NCBI GenBank assembly: GCA_016199805.1
Contig: JACQGC010000018.1
Coordinates: forward strand, 5,219 to 69,218
Reading direction: 5' to 3'
DNA length: 64,000 nt
Source of the DNA: Candidatus Nomurabacteria bacterium
Lineage (GTDB): Bacteria > Patescibacteriota > Minisyncoccia > Phycocordibacterales > UBA9973
Shown piece by piece: positions 27,467 to 36,876 of the stretch. The notes beneath the pieces were generated by a model that was not told the DNA's origin, did not search any database, and worked only from the letters and a program-made list of their open reading frames with translations. The translations under genes and the position numbers were made by a program. The first letter of the stretch is position 1, and each line of letters starts with the position of its first letter.

Positions 27467-27970
27467 ATGTCCACACTGATGTTGGAGTTTATGGTTCGGG
27501 AATCGCGCGGGATTATAGATCTTTTCGGGTTTTTCCCGGGGAAAAGAGTAAAGATTGACAAGGCCTTCCATGAGCTGGCTTTGGGCGAGAATGGTGACCC
27601 CGACTATTCTTGTGGCGAATTGAAATGTCGTTTGTTCGAGGGCAGTACCGATGATATTCAAATGGCTGCGCTGTTCGGCGCCCCAAAGGTGGCGAACTCC
27701 AGCCGTTTGTGTTCAATTCTCAGGTACCTCGGCAACGAAGGGGAGTCGTTGTTGGATATACCGGCGGGGGCAGACAGGAAAGTTGTTATCGTGGGGTATC
27801 TCTACAACCGCGATTGGCAACCCAGCCGGGTGATTTTCGTGGAGCATGAGTTTCAGCAACGCGTAGAGCAATTTTGCCTGCGTGTCCGGACGCTCTCAAA
27901 GGGTGAGTGGCAGCTAAACAAAAACAAATGGAGGGCCGAGAATCCTCCGGCAGTACTGGTCGCCGAGTAG
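27467..27970 (+). CDS. hypothetical protein (GC-rich cassette)
   Basis: Strong Shine-Dalgarno AAAAGGAGAGAAAAATG; 167 aa. Flanked by imperfect direct repeats (cataatgtattcataat / cacaatgtattcataat) and followed by a strong terminator. Confidence 0.5.
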   Translation: MSTLMLEFMVRESRGIIDLFGFFPGKRVKIDKAFHELALGENGDPDYSCGELKCRLFEGSTDDIQMAALFGAPKVANSSRLCSILRYLGNEGESLLDIPAGADRKVVIVGYLYNRDWQPSRVIFVEHEFQQRVEQFCLRVRTLSKGEWQLNKNKWRAENPPAVLVAE

Positions 27971-27979
27971 AAATCTTTA

Positions 27980-28017
27980 CAGTCCCGCCGGTCACTACCG
28001 GCGGGACTGGTTTGTTC
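27980..28017 (+). terminator. rho-independent terminator CAGUCCCGCCGGU-CACU-ACCGGCGGGACUG plus UUUGUU
   Basis: Perfect 13-bp stem. Confidence 0.6.
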
Positions 28018-28111
28018 ACAATGTATTCATAATCTAACGATATTATTTCAAAGTCGGAAATTATAAATTTTAATTCGCAACCCAGTAGGTGATTCTACTG
28101 AATCAAATAAT

Positions 28112-28537
28112 ATGAATAAAAGCAATCCAGTAGTACATTTTGAAGTGCCGGGAGAAAATATGGACCGGATGAAAAAGTTTTATGAAACCGCTTTTGGCTG
28201 GAAGTTGAACCAACTCGGCAAAGACATGGGAGATTACGTGGTCGTAATGACGGCGGAGTCGAACGAAAAAGACCCCATGGGTCGCCCGAAAATGCCGGGC
28301 GCCATCAATGGTGGATTTTACAAAAAGACAGACGACCCCATGAGTCAGTATCCGTCCATCGTGGTGGCGGTGGATGACATAAACGAAGCGACGAAAAAAG
28401 TTAAGGATGCGGGCGGGAAAGTAATCGGCGGAATGAAAAAAGACGGCACGCCGGACGAGATTCCCGGGGTTGGCCTCTTCTCATCAATTATTGACACTGA
28501 AGGCAACAGAATAAGTATTCTTCAGCCAAAGAAATAA
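28112..28537 (+). CDS. VOC-family (glyoxalase/bleomycin-resistance fold) protein
   Basis: VVHFEVPGENMDRMKKFYETAFGWK..., about 140 aa single VOC module. Confidence 0.7.
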   Translation: MNKSNPVVHFEVPGENMDRMKKFYETAFGWKLNQLGKDMGDYVVVMTAESNEKDPMGRPKMPGAINGGFYKKTDDPMSQYPSIVVAVDDINEATKKVKDAGGKVIGGMKKDGTPDEIPGVGLFSSIIDTEGNRISILQPKK

Positions 28538-28538
28538 G

Positions 28539-29024
28539 ATGCAGCAAAAAATTACACCTTTTTTATGGTTTGATAAAAATTGCGAGGAAGCAATGAATTT
28601 CTATTGCTCGATTTTCAAGAATTCAAAAATTTTGAGTGTCAAACGCTATCCGGACGAAGACTTGGAAGGTCCGCCCAAGGGTATGCAGGGCAAAATCATA
28701 ACAGCAGTATTTGAGCTCGAAGGGCAAAAGTTTATGGCTCTAGACGGAGGTCCATATTTTAAGCCGAGTGGGGCTGTCTCTTTCTACATCGAATGCGATA
28801 CCCAAGAAGAAGTGGATTATTATTGGAATAAACTAAAAGAAGGCGGAGATGAAAAAGCCCAGCAGTGCGGATGGCTGCAGGACAGATTTGGTTTCTCCTG
28901 GCAAGTTATTCCCAAGATTCTTCCGGAACTACTAAATAGCCCCGATGCGGCGAAGGCGGACCGCACTTTAAAAGCCATGCTAAAAATGAAAAAAATTGAT
29001 ATTGAAGGTTTGAAAAATGCTTAA
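28539..29024 (+). CDS. PhnB-like VOC protein (3-demethylubiquinone-9 3-methyltransferase-domain family)
   Basis: ITPFLWFDKNCEEAMNFYCSIF...GQKFMALDGGP...CGWLQDRFGFSWQV. Confidence 0.7.
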   Translation: MQQKITPFLWFDKNCEEAMNFYCSIFKNSKILSVKRYPDEDLEGPPKGMQGKIITAVFELEGQKFMALDGGPYFKPSGAVSFYIECDTQEEVDYYWNKLKEGGDEKAQQCGWLQDRFGFSWQVIPKILPELLNSPDAAKADRTLKAMLKMKKIDIEGLKNA

Positions 29025-29130
29025 TCCCGGATATACCAAATCCCTGGACGAATTTTTCATAAAGCTTTCATAAAAATCTGGTATTTTCTTAGGGTCGAGT
29101 AGATTAAAAAAACAAGTATCAATAAATTTT

Positions 29131-29316
29131 ATGATGAAATTAGCTTGTAAAGATTTAAATCCCGCTTCCACTTGCGATTTTGTGGCCACGGGTAGTTCGC
29201 AGTCGAAAGTCGTAGGTAAAATGATGGCTCATGCCAAAGTAAATCACCCTGAAGACTTGATAGGAATGTCCGATGATGAAATTGAAAGTATGATGGACTC
29301 CAAAGTTCACGAATAA
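29131..29316 (+). CDS. DUF1059-like small metal-binding protein
   Basis: 61 aa reading MKLACKDLNPASTCDFVATG...MAHAKVNHPE. Confidence 0.55.
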   Translation: MMKLACKDLNPASTCDFVATGSSQSKVVGKMMAHAKVNHPEDLIGMSDDEIESMMDSKVHE

Positions 29317-29338
29317 AACTTCGTGTTATACTTGGTGT

Positions 29339-30331
29339 ATGACTAAATCAGCAAAAATTTTGCTATCATTAATAATTATTATTATTATTATCTTAACTTT
29401 TGTTACTGTTTTTTATTTTAGCAACAAAAAAGGAGATAACATTCCGGTGTCAGTGCAAACGGTTTCGGTTTTGGGCTGTTATATCGCCAAACTTTCGCAG
29501 GATGTTTATACGCTTCAAATTCAATCTGAAAACGACGGAGCAGAGATTGGCATACTGGCTTACAACAACTACGAGAAAGACAGTTCGTCGGGAGTTTTCA
29601 TCGGAAAACTTTCCGGAGATGTTCTCTTGGGCAACTACTCTTTTGATTCGGAAGGAATGCATTCAAACCGGCAGTTGATATTCAAAAAAGTCGGCGACAA
29701 TCTAGTGGAAGGGTTTGGCGACGTGAAAACAGCGGGAGACACCGAAACACTCGCAGATACCAGCAAGGTCATCTATGACCCTAAAGTCACTTTTGTGAAA
29801 AGCAACGACTGCTTGGAGAATTTCACTGCAGGCAATGGTTCTTTTTCTTTCAACTACAATGCTTTTTTTAGAGCAATGTCCGGCAACAGCACTCTTTCCA
29901 AAGACTGGGAATTGAATTCAAAACAAAACGGGCTTCTCTTGGCGAGTGTGTACGTACCCCAAAGTTATATGCCAAAGACAAACTTTTCCGAGGCTACACT
30001 AACGATAGGCAAGTCGGCAGACATAAGCGCCATCAAGAATTGCTTAGTGGACACAAACGGTCCTTCTGTTAAAAAAGAAGTGGCCATGGTAAGTGGATAC
30101 CCATTTACCAAGTATGTTTTTGGTGATGCCGGGGCTGGAAATTACTATGAAACAACCAGTTACCGAGGTATTGTCGGCGGAGATTGTTATGCTGTGGAAT
30201 ACACCGTTCATTCCACCAACATCGGCAATTACGACCCGAGTCAAGGCATAAAACAATTTGATAGGGACAAAATAACCGGCGATATGGAGTCTGTTATACA
30301 TAGCCTCCGGCTGATTGTCGCCAGTAACTAA
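29339..30331 (+). CDS. hypothetical membrane-anchored extracytoplasmic protein
   Basis: N-terminal TM (ILLSLIIIIIIILTFVTVFYF) and a 300-aa Ser/Asn/Gly-rich ectodomain. Confidence 0.5.
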   Translation: MTKSAKILLSLIIIIIIILTFVTVFYFSNKKGDNIPVSVQTVSVLGCYIAKLSQDVYTLQIQSENDGAEIGILAYNNYEKDSSSGVFIGKLSGDVLLGNYSFDSEGMHSNRQLIFKKVGDNLVEGFGDVKTAGDTETLADTSKVIYDPKVTFVKSNDCLENFTAGNGSFSFNYNAFFRAMSGNSTLSKDWELNSKQNGLLLASVYVPQSYMPKTNFSEATLTIGKSADISAIKNCLVDTNGPSVKKEVAMVSGYPFTKYVFGDAGAGNYYETTSYRGIVGGDCYAVEYTVHSTNIGNYDPSQGIKQFDRDKITGDMESVIHSLRLIVASN

Positions 30332-30336
30332 ATAAA

Positions 30337-31443
30337 ATGGCTCCCATAATAATTATATTTTTTGCAGGAATAGTTTCACTGGTACTCGCACTAGTGCATG
30401 TGATTGTTTACAAGGCATTTGTTTCTATTTTTTCCCTGACCGCAACGGGGAAGTTGTTTTTAGGAATTATTTTAGCCGCCTTGTGTCTGAGCTTTGTTTT
30501 GGCTTCAATTCTAACCTTTAATTTCAATAATTTATTTACCAGGACTTATTACACCATCTCGGCGACGTGGCTTGGTTTCGCTTTTTATCTGTTTTTGGCT
30601 TCGTGTATATATGTCTTGACTATTTTATTGTCACGAATTTTTGGTATTGATACTCCAAAGTTGTTTGGCATTCTGTGTCTAGTGTTGGCTCTCGCGGTGA
30701 GTATCTACGGTGTGGTTCACGCGCGCACTCTTTTGGTAAAAAATATAAATGTGACATTGCCAAACTTGCCGGCAGGGTGGCAGGGCAAGCGAGTCGTCTT
30801 TGTCAGTGACATACATCTGGGCGTGGTGCTGGGGCGGGATTTTGCGCAGAAAATTGTGGATAAAATAAACGAAATCAATCCGGACATAGTTTTTATAGGG
30901 GGCGATCTTTACGACGGAGTGAAAGTGGATGAAAACCAAATTGTTCAGCCGTTTGCAGGTTTGCATCCGGCGCTCGGTACATATTTTATCACTGGAAACC
31001 ATGAAGAATTTCGCGATAATAAGCCCTATCTGGAAGCCGTAAAAAATATAGGTATACGCGTTTTAAATAATGAGCTGGTGAATATAAATGGTTTGCAGCT
31101 TATCGGCGTGGATGACCGTGATTCTGTAAATCTGGCCAAGTTTCAAAATATTCTCGCCAATCTAAACATAAATAAAAATGAACCGTCCATTTTGTTAAAA
31201 CATGAACCATTTCAGCTGGACGAAGCTGCCAGGGTGGGCATAAGTATGCAAATTTCCGGGCATACTCACCGTGCGCAAGTTTTTCCACTGAACGGTTTTA
31301 CCTATTTAATTTACAAAGGTTATGATTATGGTCTTCATCTTTTTGGTAAAATGTCCGTGTATACTTCGAGCGGAGTGGGTACTTGGGGGCCACCGCTAAG
31401 GGTGGGTAGCGACAGTGAAATAGTTGTTTTTACATTTAGTTAA
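30337..31443 (+). CDS. membrane-bound metallophosphoesterase (calcineurin-like)
   Basis: 4 TM N-terminus; VVFVSDIHLG, GGDLYDG, GNHE and GHTH motifs. Confidence 0.75.
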   Translation: MAPIIIIFFAGIVSLVLALVHVIVYKAFVSIFSLTATGKLFLGIILAALCLSFVLASILTFNFNNLFTRTYYTISATWLGFAFYLFLASCIYVLTILLSRIFGIDTPKLFGILCLVLALAVSIYGVVHARTLLVKNINVTLPNLPAGWQGKRVVFVSDIHLGVVLGRDFAQKIVDKINEINPDIVFIGGDLYDGVKVDENQIVQPFAGLHPALGTYFITGNHEEFRDNKPYLEAVKNIGIRVLNNELVNINGLQLIGVDDRDSVNLAKFQNILANLNINKNEPSILLKHEPFQLDEAARVGISMQISGHTHRAQVFPLNGFTYLIYKGYDYGLHLFGKMSVYTSSGVGTWGPPLRVGSDSEIVVFTFS

Positions 31444-31481
31444 TAGTTTGAATTTTTGCAAATTTTTGGTAAAATAAAGAG

Positions 31482-32027
31482 ATGATGGATAAATTAAAAT
31501 TTGCTCTATTTTCAATAGTCGTTTTGGCTGTAGTCGGACTCATCGGGTATTGGGCTGTGGTCACCATCCAGTCCGGCAGTGAATTTGGAACAACCCAAAA
31601 AATTACCCAACTACAAAAAGAAAACGAAGATTTGACGAAACAATTGGCAGACCTGACTGACAAATTAAATACGCTTACACCAGAGCCGGTGGATACCACC
31701 CCTGTGGCCCAGAATCCAGATCCCCAAACACCGACTACCCCGACACAACCGACCACATATAAAAACCAATCTCTCGTAAACGAATTGCAGGTGCTTGTAT
31801 CCAATAAAGTGTTTATGAAATTAAAATCAAGCGGTACCCGGGTGGGCACCGTGCAGAAATTCTTAAATCTTTACAACAAAACTTCCAACAAAATTGATAA
31901 TGATTACGGAGCAAACATGGTCAAAGCTGTGTCCGCCTTTCAAAAAGACCAGGGTCTTTCCGCCGATGGACAAGCGGGTCCAAGCACCTACAGCAAAATG
32001 ATTGATTGGCTCAAGAAGCAGGGATAA
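31482..32027 (+). CDS. membrane-anchored protein with a putative peptidoglycan-binding domain
   Basis: TM, coiled coil, Pro/Thr linker, and C-terminal GTRVGTVQKFLN...VSAFQKDQGLSADGQAGPSTY (PG_binding_1-like). Confidence 0.6.
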   Translation: MMDKLKFALFSIVVLAVVGLIGYWAVVTIQSGSEFGTTQKITQLQKENEDLTKQLADLTDKLNTLTPEPVDTTPVAQNPDPQTPTTPTQPTTYKNQSLVNELQVLVSNKVFMKLKSSGTRVGTVQKFLNLYNKTSNKIDNDYGANMVKAVSAFQKDQGLSADGQAGPSTYSKMIDWLKKQG

Positions 32028-32033
32028 AAAACT

Positions 32034-33113
32034 ATGTATCAAGAAAAAAGACACAAACTAATAGCATTTTTCTGTGTTGCGATTGTTTTAATCGGTGGAT
32101 ATTTTACTTACACACATTCCGGGAAAAATAAAATGCCGGAAGTGAAACAAATAGATACCACCCCCACCACACAAACAGTTGCCGTGAACGTACCCATAAA
32201 AATACCGGCGAAACCTACTCCGCCGCCGTTACCTCTCGGCACGGACCAATTTGTGGTTTCGCTCGCGGCCACTTCGGATGATGTTTCCGGAAAGTTGCTG
32301 GATGGAGAATACATAAAAGATGCTTCGGCTTTTACGACACTTATAGGCGCAAAAGTAATTGCACCCGGCGCGTATAAAATTTCTAAAGACATGACCCCGG
32401 CACAACTTTTGCAAGTTTTGCGCGGCAAGCCGTATATGAAATGGATAGTCATTCCGCCCGGATTGCGCAAGGAAGAGATTGCCGCCCTGCTCGCGCCCGC
32501 CCTCGGTTGGACAAAAAAACAAACCACGGAATGGATTACCAAAGACACGATCACCAAACCGGAATACATTGAGGGAGTATATGCTCCGGATACATATTTG
32601 ATTCCGGTGGGGGAAAAACCGGTAGATGTCACCACCCGGCTCATTTCCAAATTCAACGAAGGGTTCGCGCCATACTTACCACAATTCACGGCGAAGAATA
32701 TTAAGTGGACTACAGCTCTCACTCTCGCTTCCATAGTGCAAAGAGAAGCCGCCAATGTGTCTGACATGCCGCTCATTTCCGGCATACTTTGGAACAGGCT
32801 CAATCAAAACATGATGCTGGGTGTAGATGCCACATTGCAATACATACGCGGCAACAAAGGCGCAGGCTGGTGGGCTCCGATTACTGTGGCTGACAAACAA
32901 ACCGACTCTCCATACAATACATACAAACATACCAGTTTGCCTCCGCACCCGATAGCCAACCCGAGCCTGCAAGCCATAGATGCAGTCTTAAATCCTACCA
33001 AGACAGATTGCCTGTATTATATTCACGATAAAAACCATATCACTCACTGCGCCGCCACCTACGAAGAACACCAGGTGAATATACAGAAATATTTAATCAG
33101 CCCCGCAAATTAA
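32034..33113 (+). CDS. mltG: endolytic murein transglycosylase MltG (YceG-like)
   Basis: N-terminal TM; C-terminal YceG signature (GLYSPDTYLIP..., ASIVQREA, LQ.D.T..Y). Confidence 0.75.
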   Translation: MYQEKRHKLIAFFCVAIVLIGGYFTYTHSGKNKMPEVKQIDTTPTTQTVAVNVPIKIPAKPTPPPLPLGTDQFVVSLAATSDDVSGKLLDGEYIKDASAFTTLIGAKVIAPGAYKISKDMTPAQLLQVLRGKPYMKWIVIPPGLRKEEIAALLAPALGWTKKQTTEWITKDTITKPEYIEGVYAPDTYLIPVGEKPVDVTTRLISKFNEGFAPYLPQFTAKNIKWTTALTLASIVQREAANVSDMPLISGILWNRLNQNMMLGVDATLQYIRGNKGAGWWAPITVADKQTDSPYNTYKHTSLPPHPIANPSLQAIDAVLNPTKTDCLYYIHDKNHITHCAATYEEHQVNIQKYLISPAN

Positions 33114-33157
33114 ATTACATAAAAAGTTATCCACACCCGCCATTGTGGGGAATTGAC

Positions 33158-33178
33158 ATATACCCCCAGGGGGTATAT
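33158..33178 (+). promoter_or_regulatory. CsoR-type operator ATATACCCCCAGGGGGTATAT overlapping a promoter (TTGACA at 33153-33158)
   Basis: Perfect GC-cored inverted repeat of the TACCC-N-GGGTA class bound by CsoR repressors, placed between a consensus -35 and the csoR start. Confidence 0.55.
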
Positions 33179-33187
33179 GCTGTTTAC

Positions 33188-33454
33188 ATGAAACAAGACA
33201 TAAAAAATAAAGCCTTACGCAGATTGAAGATTGTGGAAGGTCAGGTGCGGGGCTTGCAAGAGATGGTGAACAAAGAAAAATACTGTATTGATATTATTAC
33301 CCAAACCAGCGCGGTGAGAAAAGCGCTTTCCAGCGTGGAAGATTTGATCTTGGAAAATCACTTATCTACGCATGTTATTCACCAGATTAAACATGGACAG
33401 GAAGACACACCCATTAAAGAAATATTAAAAATTTATAAGCTAAAAAGCAAATGA
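33188..33454 (+). CDS. csoR: CsoR/RcnR-family metal-sensing repressor
   Basis: LRRLKIVEGQVRGLQEMV...C.D...Q..A...AL with conserved Cys and His. The stop overlaps the copA start (ATGA). Confidence 0.75.
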   Translation: MKQDIKNKALRRLKIVEGQVRGLQEMVNKEKYCIDIITQTSAVRKALSSVEDLILENHLSTHVIHQIKHGQEDTPIKEILKIYKLKSK

Positions 33455-35796
33455 ATACACCTAAAACATTTAGAATAAAAGGCATGCATTGCGCATCTTG
33501 CGCGAGCATCATAGAGAGAACCGTAAAAAAGATTGCGGGAGTGGAAGATATATCTGTAAACAACGGAACAGAAAATGTCAGGATTTCTTTTGACGAAAGT
33601 AAAACAAGTCCAGAGTATTTTAATAAAAAACTGGAACCGCTCGGATATTCTTTGGTGGTACCAGATATGAATATGCAAGGCACGGCTATGCAAATGGGCA
33701 TGAGTGAAAACGAACATGCGGCGCACCTGGGACTGAACCAGACAAAAAAAGAAAAACTGGCCGAACTAAAAGACATGCGCAATAAGCTTTTCTCACTCAT
33801 CCCGATTGTGCTGGTAAGTATTTTTGTCATGGGCTGGGATATTTCTGCGCAATTTAAAATTTTTCCGGAAATGTCCGCGACTTTCGAAAACTTTTTTCAC
33901 TATCTTTTGCCGATACTCGCCACCTATACGCTCTTTGTGGTGGGCAAGCCATATCTGCTCGGCCTGTATCGTTTTTTCCGCTACGGCAAAGCCAATATGG
34001 ACACACTGATTGGGCTCGGCACAGGAGTGGCCTTTTTATATAGTTTCATCATCAGCGCTTTCGGGGAAAGTTTGAAAAATTTTGTAAACGTTAATCAAAG
34101 TTACTACGATGTTTCGATTGTGGTCATTGCTTTCATCACCCTCGGAAAATATCTGGAGGCCCGGTCAAAACTAAAAACCGGCGATGCCATAGAAAAACTT
34201 TTAAATCTACAGGCCAAGACAGCTTTGGTAATCCGCGAAGGCAAAGACCCCGAAGGAAAGCAAGCTTCCTACGGGGCAGGGATTGAAATCCCCATCGAGC
34301 AGGTTGTTCATGGTGATCTTATTATTGTAAAGCCCGGGGCAAAAATTCCGGTGGATGGCGTCATCACTGAGGGTTCTTCTTTTGTGGATGAAGCCATGGT
34401 CACCGGAGAATCTATGCCGGTTAAGAAAAGTATCGGTGACAGTGTGGTGTCGGGAACAATAAACACGACAGGGTCTTTCGTTTTCAAAGCCACGAAAATC
34501 GGCTCGGAAACTCTCCTTGCGCATATCGTGAAAATGGTGGAAGAAGCGCAGGGCAGCAAGGCGCCCATTCAGGCCTTGGCCGATAAAATTTCAGCTATTT
34601 TCGTTCCAATTGTTTTGGGCATTGCCGTGGTCACTTTGGCTTTGTGGCTCTTGATTGGCACGCAGTATCTGGGTTTCTCGCAAGCATTTTCATTTGGGCT
34701 GGTTTCTTTTGTAGGGATTTTGGTGATAGCTTGCCCGTGCGCGCTCGGTCTGGCTACTCCAACTGCGATAATTGTCGGTGTAGGTAAAGGAGCTAAAGAG
34801 GGAATACTCATCAAAGACGCAGCTACGCTCGAAAAATTGCACAAAGTGGATACGGTGATTGTGGACAAGACCGGGACCATAACAATAGGCAAACCGACTC
34901 TGGTTGATATACAAAATTTTACGGACAAAAAAGATGAGGAAATAATTTCCATTTTAGCTTCACTCGAAAATAAATCGGAGCACCCGATAGCTCACGCGAT
35001 TATGAATTACACGAAAGAAAAAAATATTCCAATATTTGAAGTTTCAAATTTTGAAAGTATAAAAGGAAAAGGATTAAAAGGGTCAGTCGCGGGTGAAGAA
35101 TATTTTGTTGGGAATGTGAAACTAGTGCAGGATCTCAATGTGTCCTTTGATATTTCAAAAATCGAAGAATTTACAAAGCAGGGGAAAACACCGGTAATTT
35201 TAACCACAGCAGAAAAAGTGATGGGTTTTGTGATGGTGGCAGATGAAATAAAAACCGAATCAAAAAAAGCAGTGGAAGATTTACACAGACTCGGCATCAA
35301 AGTCATAATGGTGACAGGGGATGACGAGAGAACAGCCAAGCATATTGCCTCGTTGGTTGGCATCGACAGTGTCTTGGCCCACGTATTACCCGAAGATAAA
35401 TTAAACAAAATAAAAGAGTTACAAAAAGAAGGGCACGTAGTAGCCATGGCCGGAGATGGAGTCAACGACGCGCCAGCACTCGCGCAGGCGGACGTGGGCA
35501 TAGCCATGGCTACAGGCACAGACGTGGCTATCGAGAGCGCCGGCATCACCCTCCTCGGCGGAGACATTTCCAAGCTGGTCAAAGCCATAAAGCTTTCCAA
35601 GATGACCATGCTCGGCATCAAACAAAATCTCTTCTGGGCTTTTTTCTACAATGTTGTCGGTATTCCGCTCGCGGCAGGAGTATTCTATCCGCTTGGGGGT
35701 TGGCTTTTAAACCCGGTATTTGCCGGCATGGCTATGGCTTTTTCCAGTGTTTCCGTAGTCGGGAATTCATTGCGCATTAAAAGCAAAAAATTGTAA
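33451..35796 (+). CDS. copA: copper-translocating P-type ATPase
   Basis: N-terminal HMA (GMHCASCASIIE), CPC motif (CPCALGLATP), DKTGT, and GDGVNDAP. Confidence 0.9.
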   Translation: MNTPKTFRIKGMHCASCASIIERTVKKIAGVEDISVNNGTENVRISFDESKTSPEYFNKKLEPLGYSLVVPDMNMQGTAMQMGMSENEHAAHLGLNQTKKEKLAELKDMRNKLFSLIPIVLVSIFVMGWDISAQFKIFPEMSATFENFFHYLLPILATYTLFVVGKPYLLGLYRFFRYGKANMDTLIGLGTGVAFLYSFIISAFGESLKNFVNVNQSYYDVSIVVIAFITLGKYLEARSKLKTGDAIEKLLNLQAKTALVIREGKDPEGKQASYGAGIEIPIEQVVHGDLIIVKPGAKIPVDGVITEGSSFVDEAMVTGESMPVKKSIGDSVVSGTINTTGSFVFKATKIGSETLLAHIVKMVEEAQGSKAPIQALADKISAIFVPIVLGIAVVTLALWLLIGTQYLGFSQAFSFGLVSFVGILVIACPCALGLATPTAIIVGVGKGAKEGILIKDAATLEKLHKVDTVIVDKTGTITIGKPTLVDIQNFTDKKDEEIISILASLENKSEHPIAHAIMNYTKEKNIPIFEVSNFESIKGKGLKGSVAGEEYFVGNVKLVQDLNVSFDISKIEEFTKQGKTPVILTTAEKVMGFVMVADEIKTESKKAVEDLHRLGIKVIMVTGDDERTAKHIASLVGIDSVLAHVLPEDKLNKIKELQKEGHVVAMAGDGVNDAPALAQADVGIAMATGTDVAIESAGITLLGGDISKLVKAIKLSKMTMLGIKQNLFWAFFYNVVGIPLAAGVFYPLGGWLLNPVFAGMAMAFSSVSVVGNSLRIKSKKL

Positions 35797-35800
35797 AATA

Positions 35801-35850
35801 AAGCCGCGCTTTAATGGACGATTGCGCGGCATGATTTCGCTAAATCAAAT
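35801..35850 (+). repeat. about 45-nt conserved leader element (copy B)
   Basis: See 26631-26684. Hairpin GCCGCGC-N14-GCGCGGC followed by ATGATTTCGCTAAATCAAAT (a uORF MISLNQIL*). Confidence 0.45.
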
Positions 35851-35853
35851 ATT

Positions 35854-36876
35854 ATGAAAAAATACACATTCCATGTAAAAGGCACACATTGCGCATCTTG
35901 CAAAATATTGATTGAAGATATTTTCAAGGAACAGGATTTCATTGTGAGTTCAAAAGTTGATTTGAGAAATGAAACCGTAGAAATAGAAACCAATAACGAA
36001 AAAAATGCCGAAGAAATAGCTGAAATCTTAAACACGAAAATAAAACAAAACGGGTATATGCTTTCGGTGGGAAAAATCACGGAAGAGCAAAAAGAAGATA
36101 ACACTATTTGGCAAGCCATACCTATAGGACTGGCATTTTTGGTTTTGTTTTTCATGTTGCAAAAATCCGGTATTCTAAATCTGGGTGTTGGTGGCAAGAC
36201 TACACCGGTCACTGGGTTTATTATCGGAATCATCGCTTCGCTTTCGAGTTGCTTGGCGATAGTCGGGGGACTCATACTATCGTTATCCGCCAAAGTCGCA
36301 CAAGACGAGCAGTATGGCAATTTGGAAGGAGCGAAAAAACCCTTGATGTTGTTCCATGCCGGAAGATTGTTCGGCTTTGCGGTTTTGGGCGGAGTGCTGG
36401 GGTTGATTGGTGAGGCTGTCGGCATAAGCTTTGTCTTTTCGGCAATACTGGGGCTCATCGCTTCCGCGGTGATGATAATACTCGGGCTGAATCTCATCGG
36501 AATATTTAAAAAGAGCACCATCACATTACCCTCAAATATATTTTCTTTCTTTAGAAAAGTGGAACATGCCACATGGGCGCCTGTTTTGATAGGGCTAGGA
36601 ACTTTTTTCTTGCCTTGCGGTTTTACCCAGTCCATGCAAATCGCCGCCCTGTCCAGTGGTTCGTTTATTTCCGGAATGCTTATAATGTTTGCCTTTGCCT
36701 TAGGGACACTGCCGGTCCTTTCACTTCTTTCTTTCGGGTCAATGTCTTTCGCCCAGTCTAAATACGCGCCGCTATTTTTTAAATCAGCGGGAATAGTTGT
36801 GGTGGGCTTAGGAATATTCGCCTTATTAGCCCAACTTGCCGGGTTGGGAATTATTAACCCGCTTTTTAATTTATGA
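35854..36876 (+). CDS. HMA-domain protein fused to a TauE/SafE- or DsbD_2-like membrane domain
   Basis: KGTHCASCKILIE N-terminal metal-binding domain plus a 6-8 TM C-terminal domain with a conserved LPCGF motif. Confidence 0.7.
   Translation: MKKYTFHVKGTHCASCKILIEDIFKEQDFIVSSKVDLRNETVEIETNNEKNAEEIAEILNTKIKQNGYMLSVGKITEEQKEDNTIWQAIPIGLAFLVLFFMLQKSGILNLGVGGKTTPVTGFIIGIIASLSSCLAIVGGLILSLSAKVAQDEQYGNLEGAKKPLMLFHAGRLFGFAVLGGVLGLIGEAVGISFVFSAILGLIASAVMIILGLNLIGIFKKSTITLPSNIFSFFRKVEHATWAPVLIGLGTFFLPCGFTQSMQIAALSSGSFISGMLIMFAFALGTLPVLSLLSFGSMSFAQSKYAPLFFKSAGIVVVGLGIFALLAQLAGLGIINPLFNL

Noticed and set aside
32108-32803. 231-aa - strand ORF
   Set aside because: Antisense to mltG; no motifs.
33414-36635. 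- strand ORFs 33414-33830, 35007-35621 and 35811-36635
   Set aside because: Antisense to csoR, copA and the HMA-membrane gene. The Ala/Ser/Met-rich translations are typical of reverse frames of GC-containing genes.
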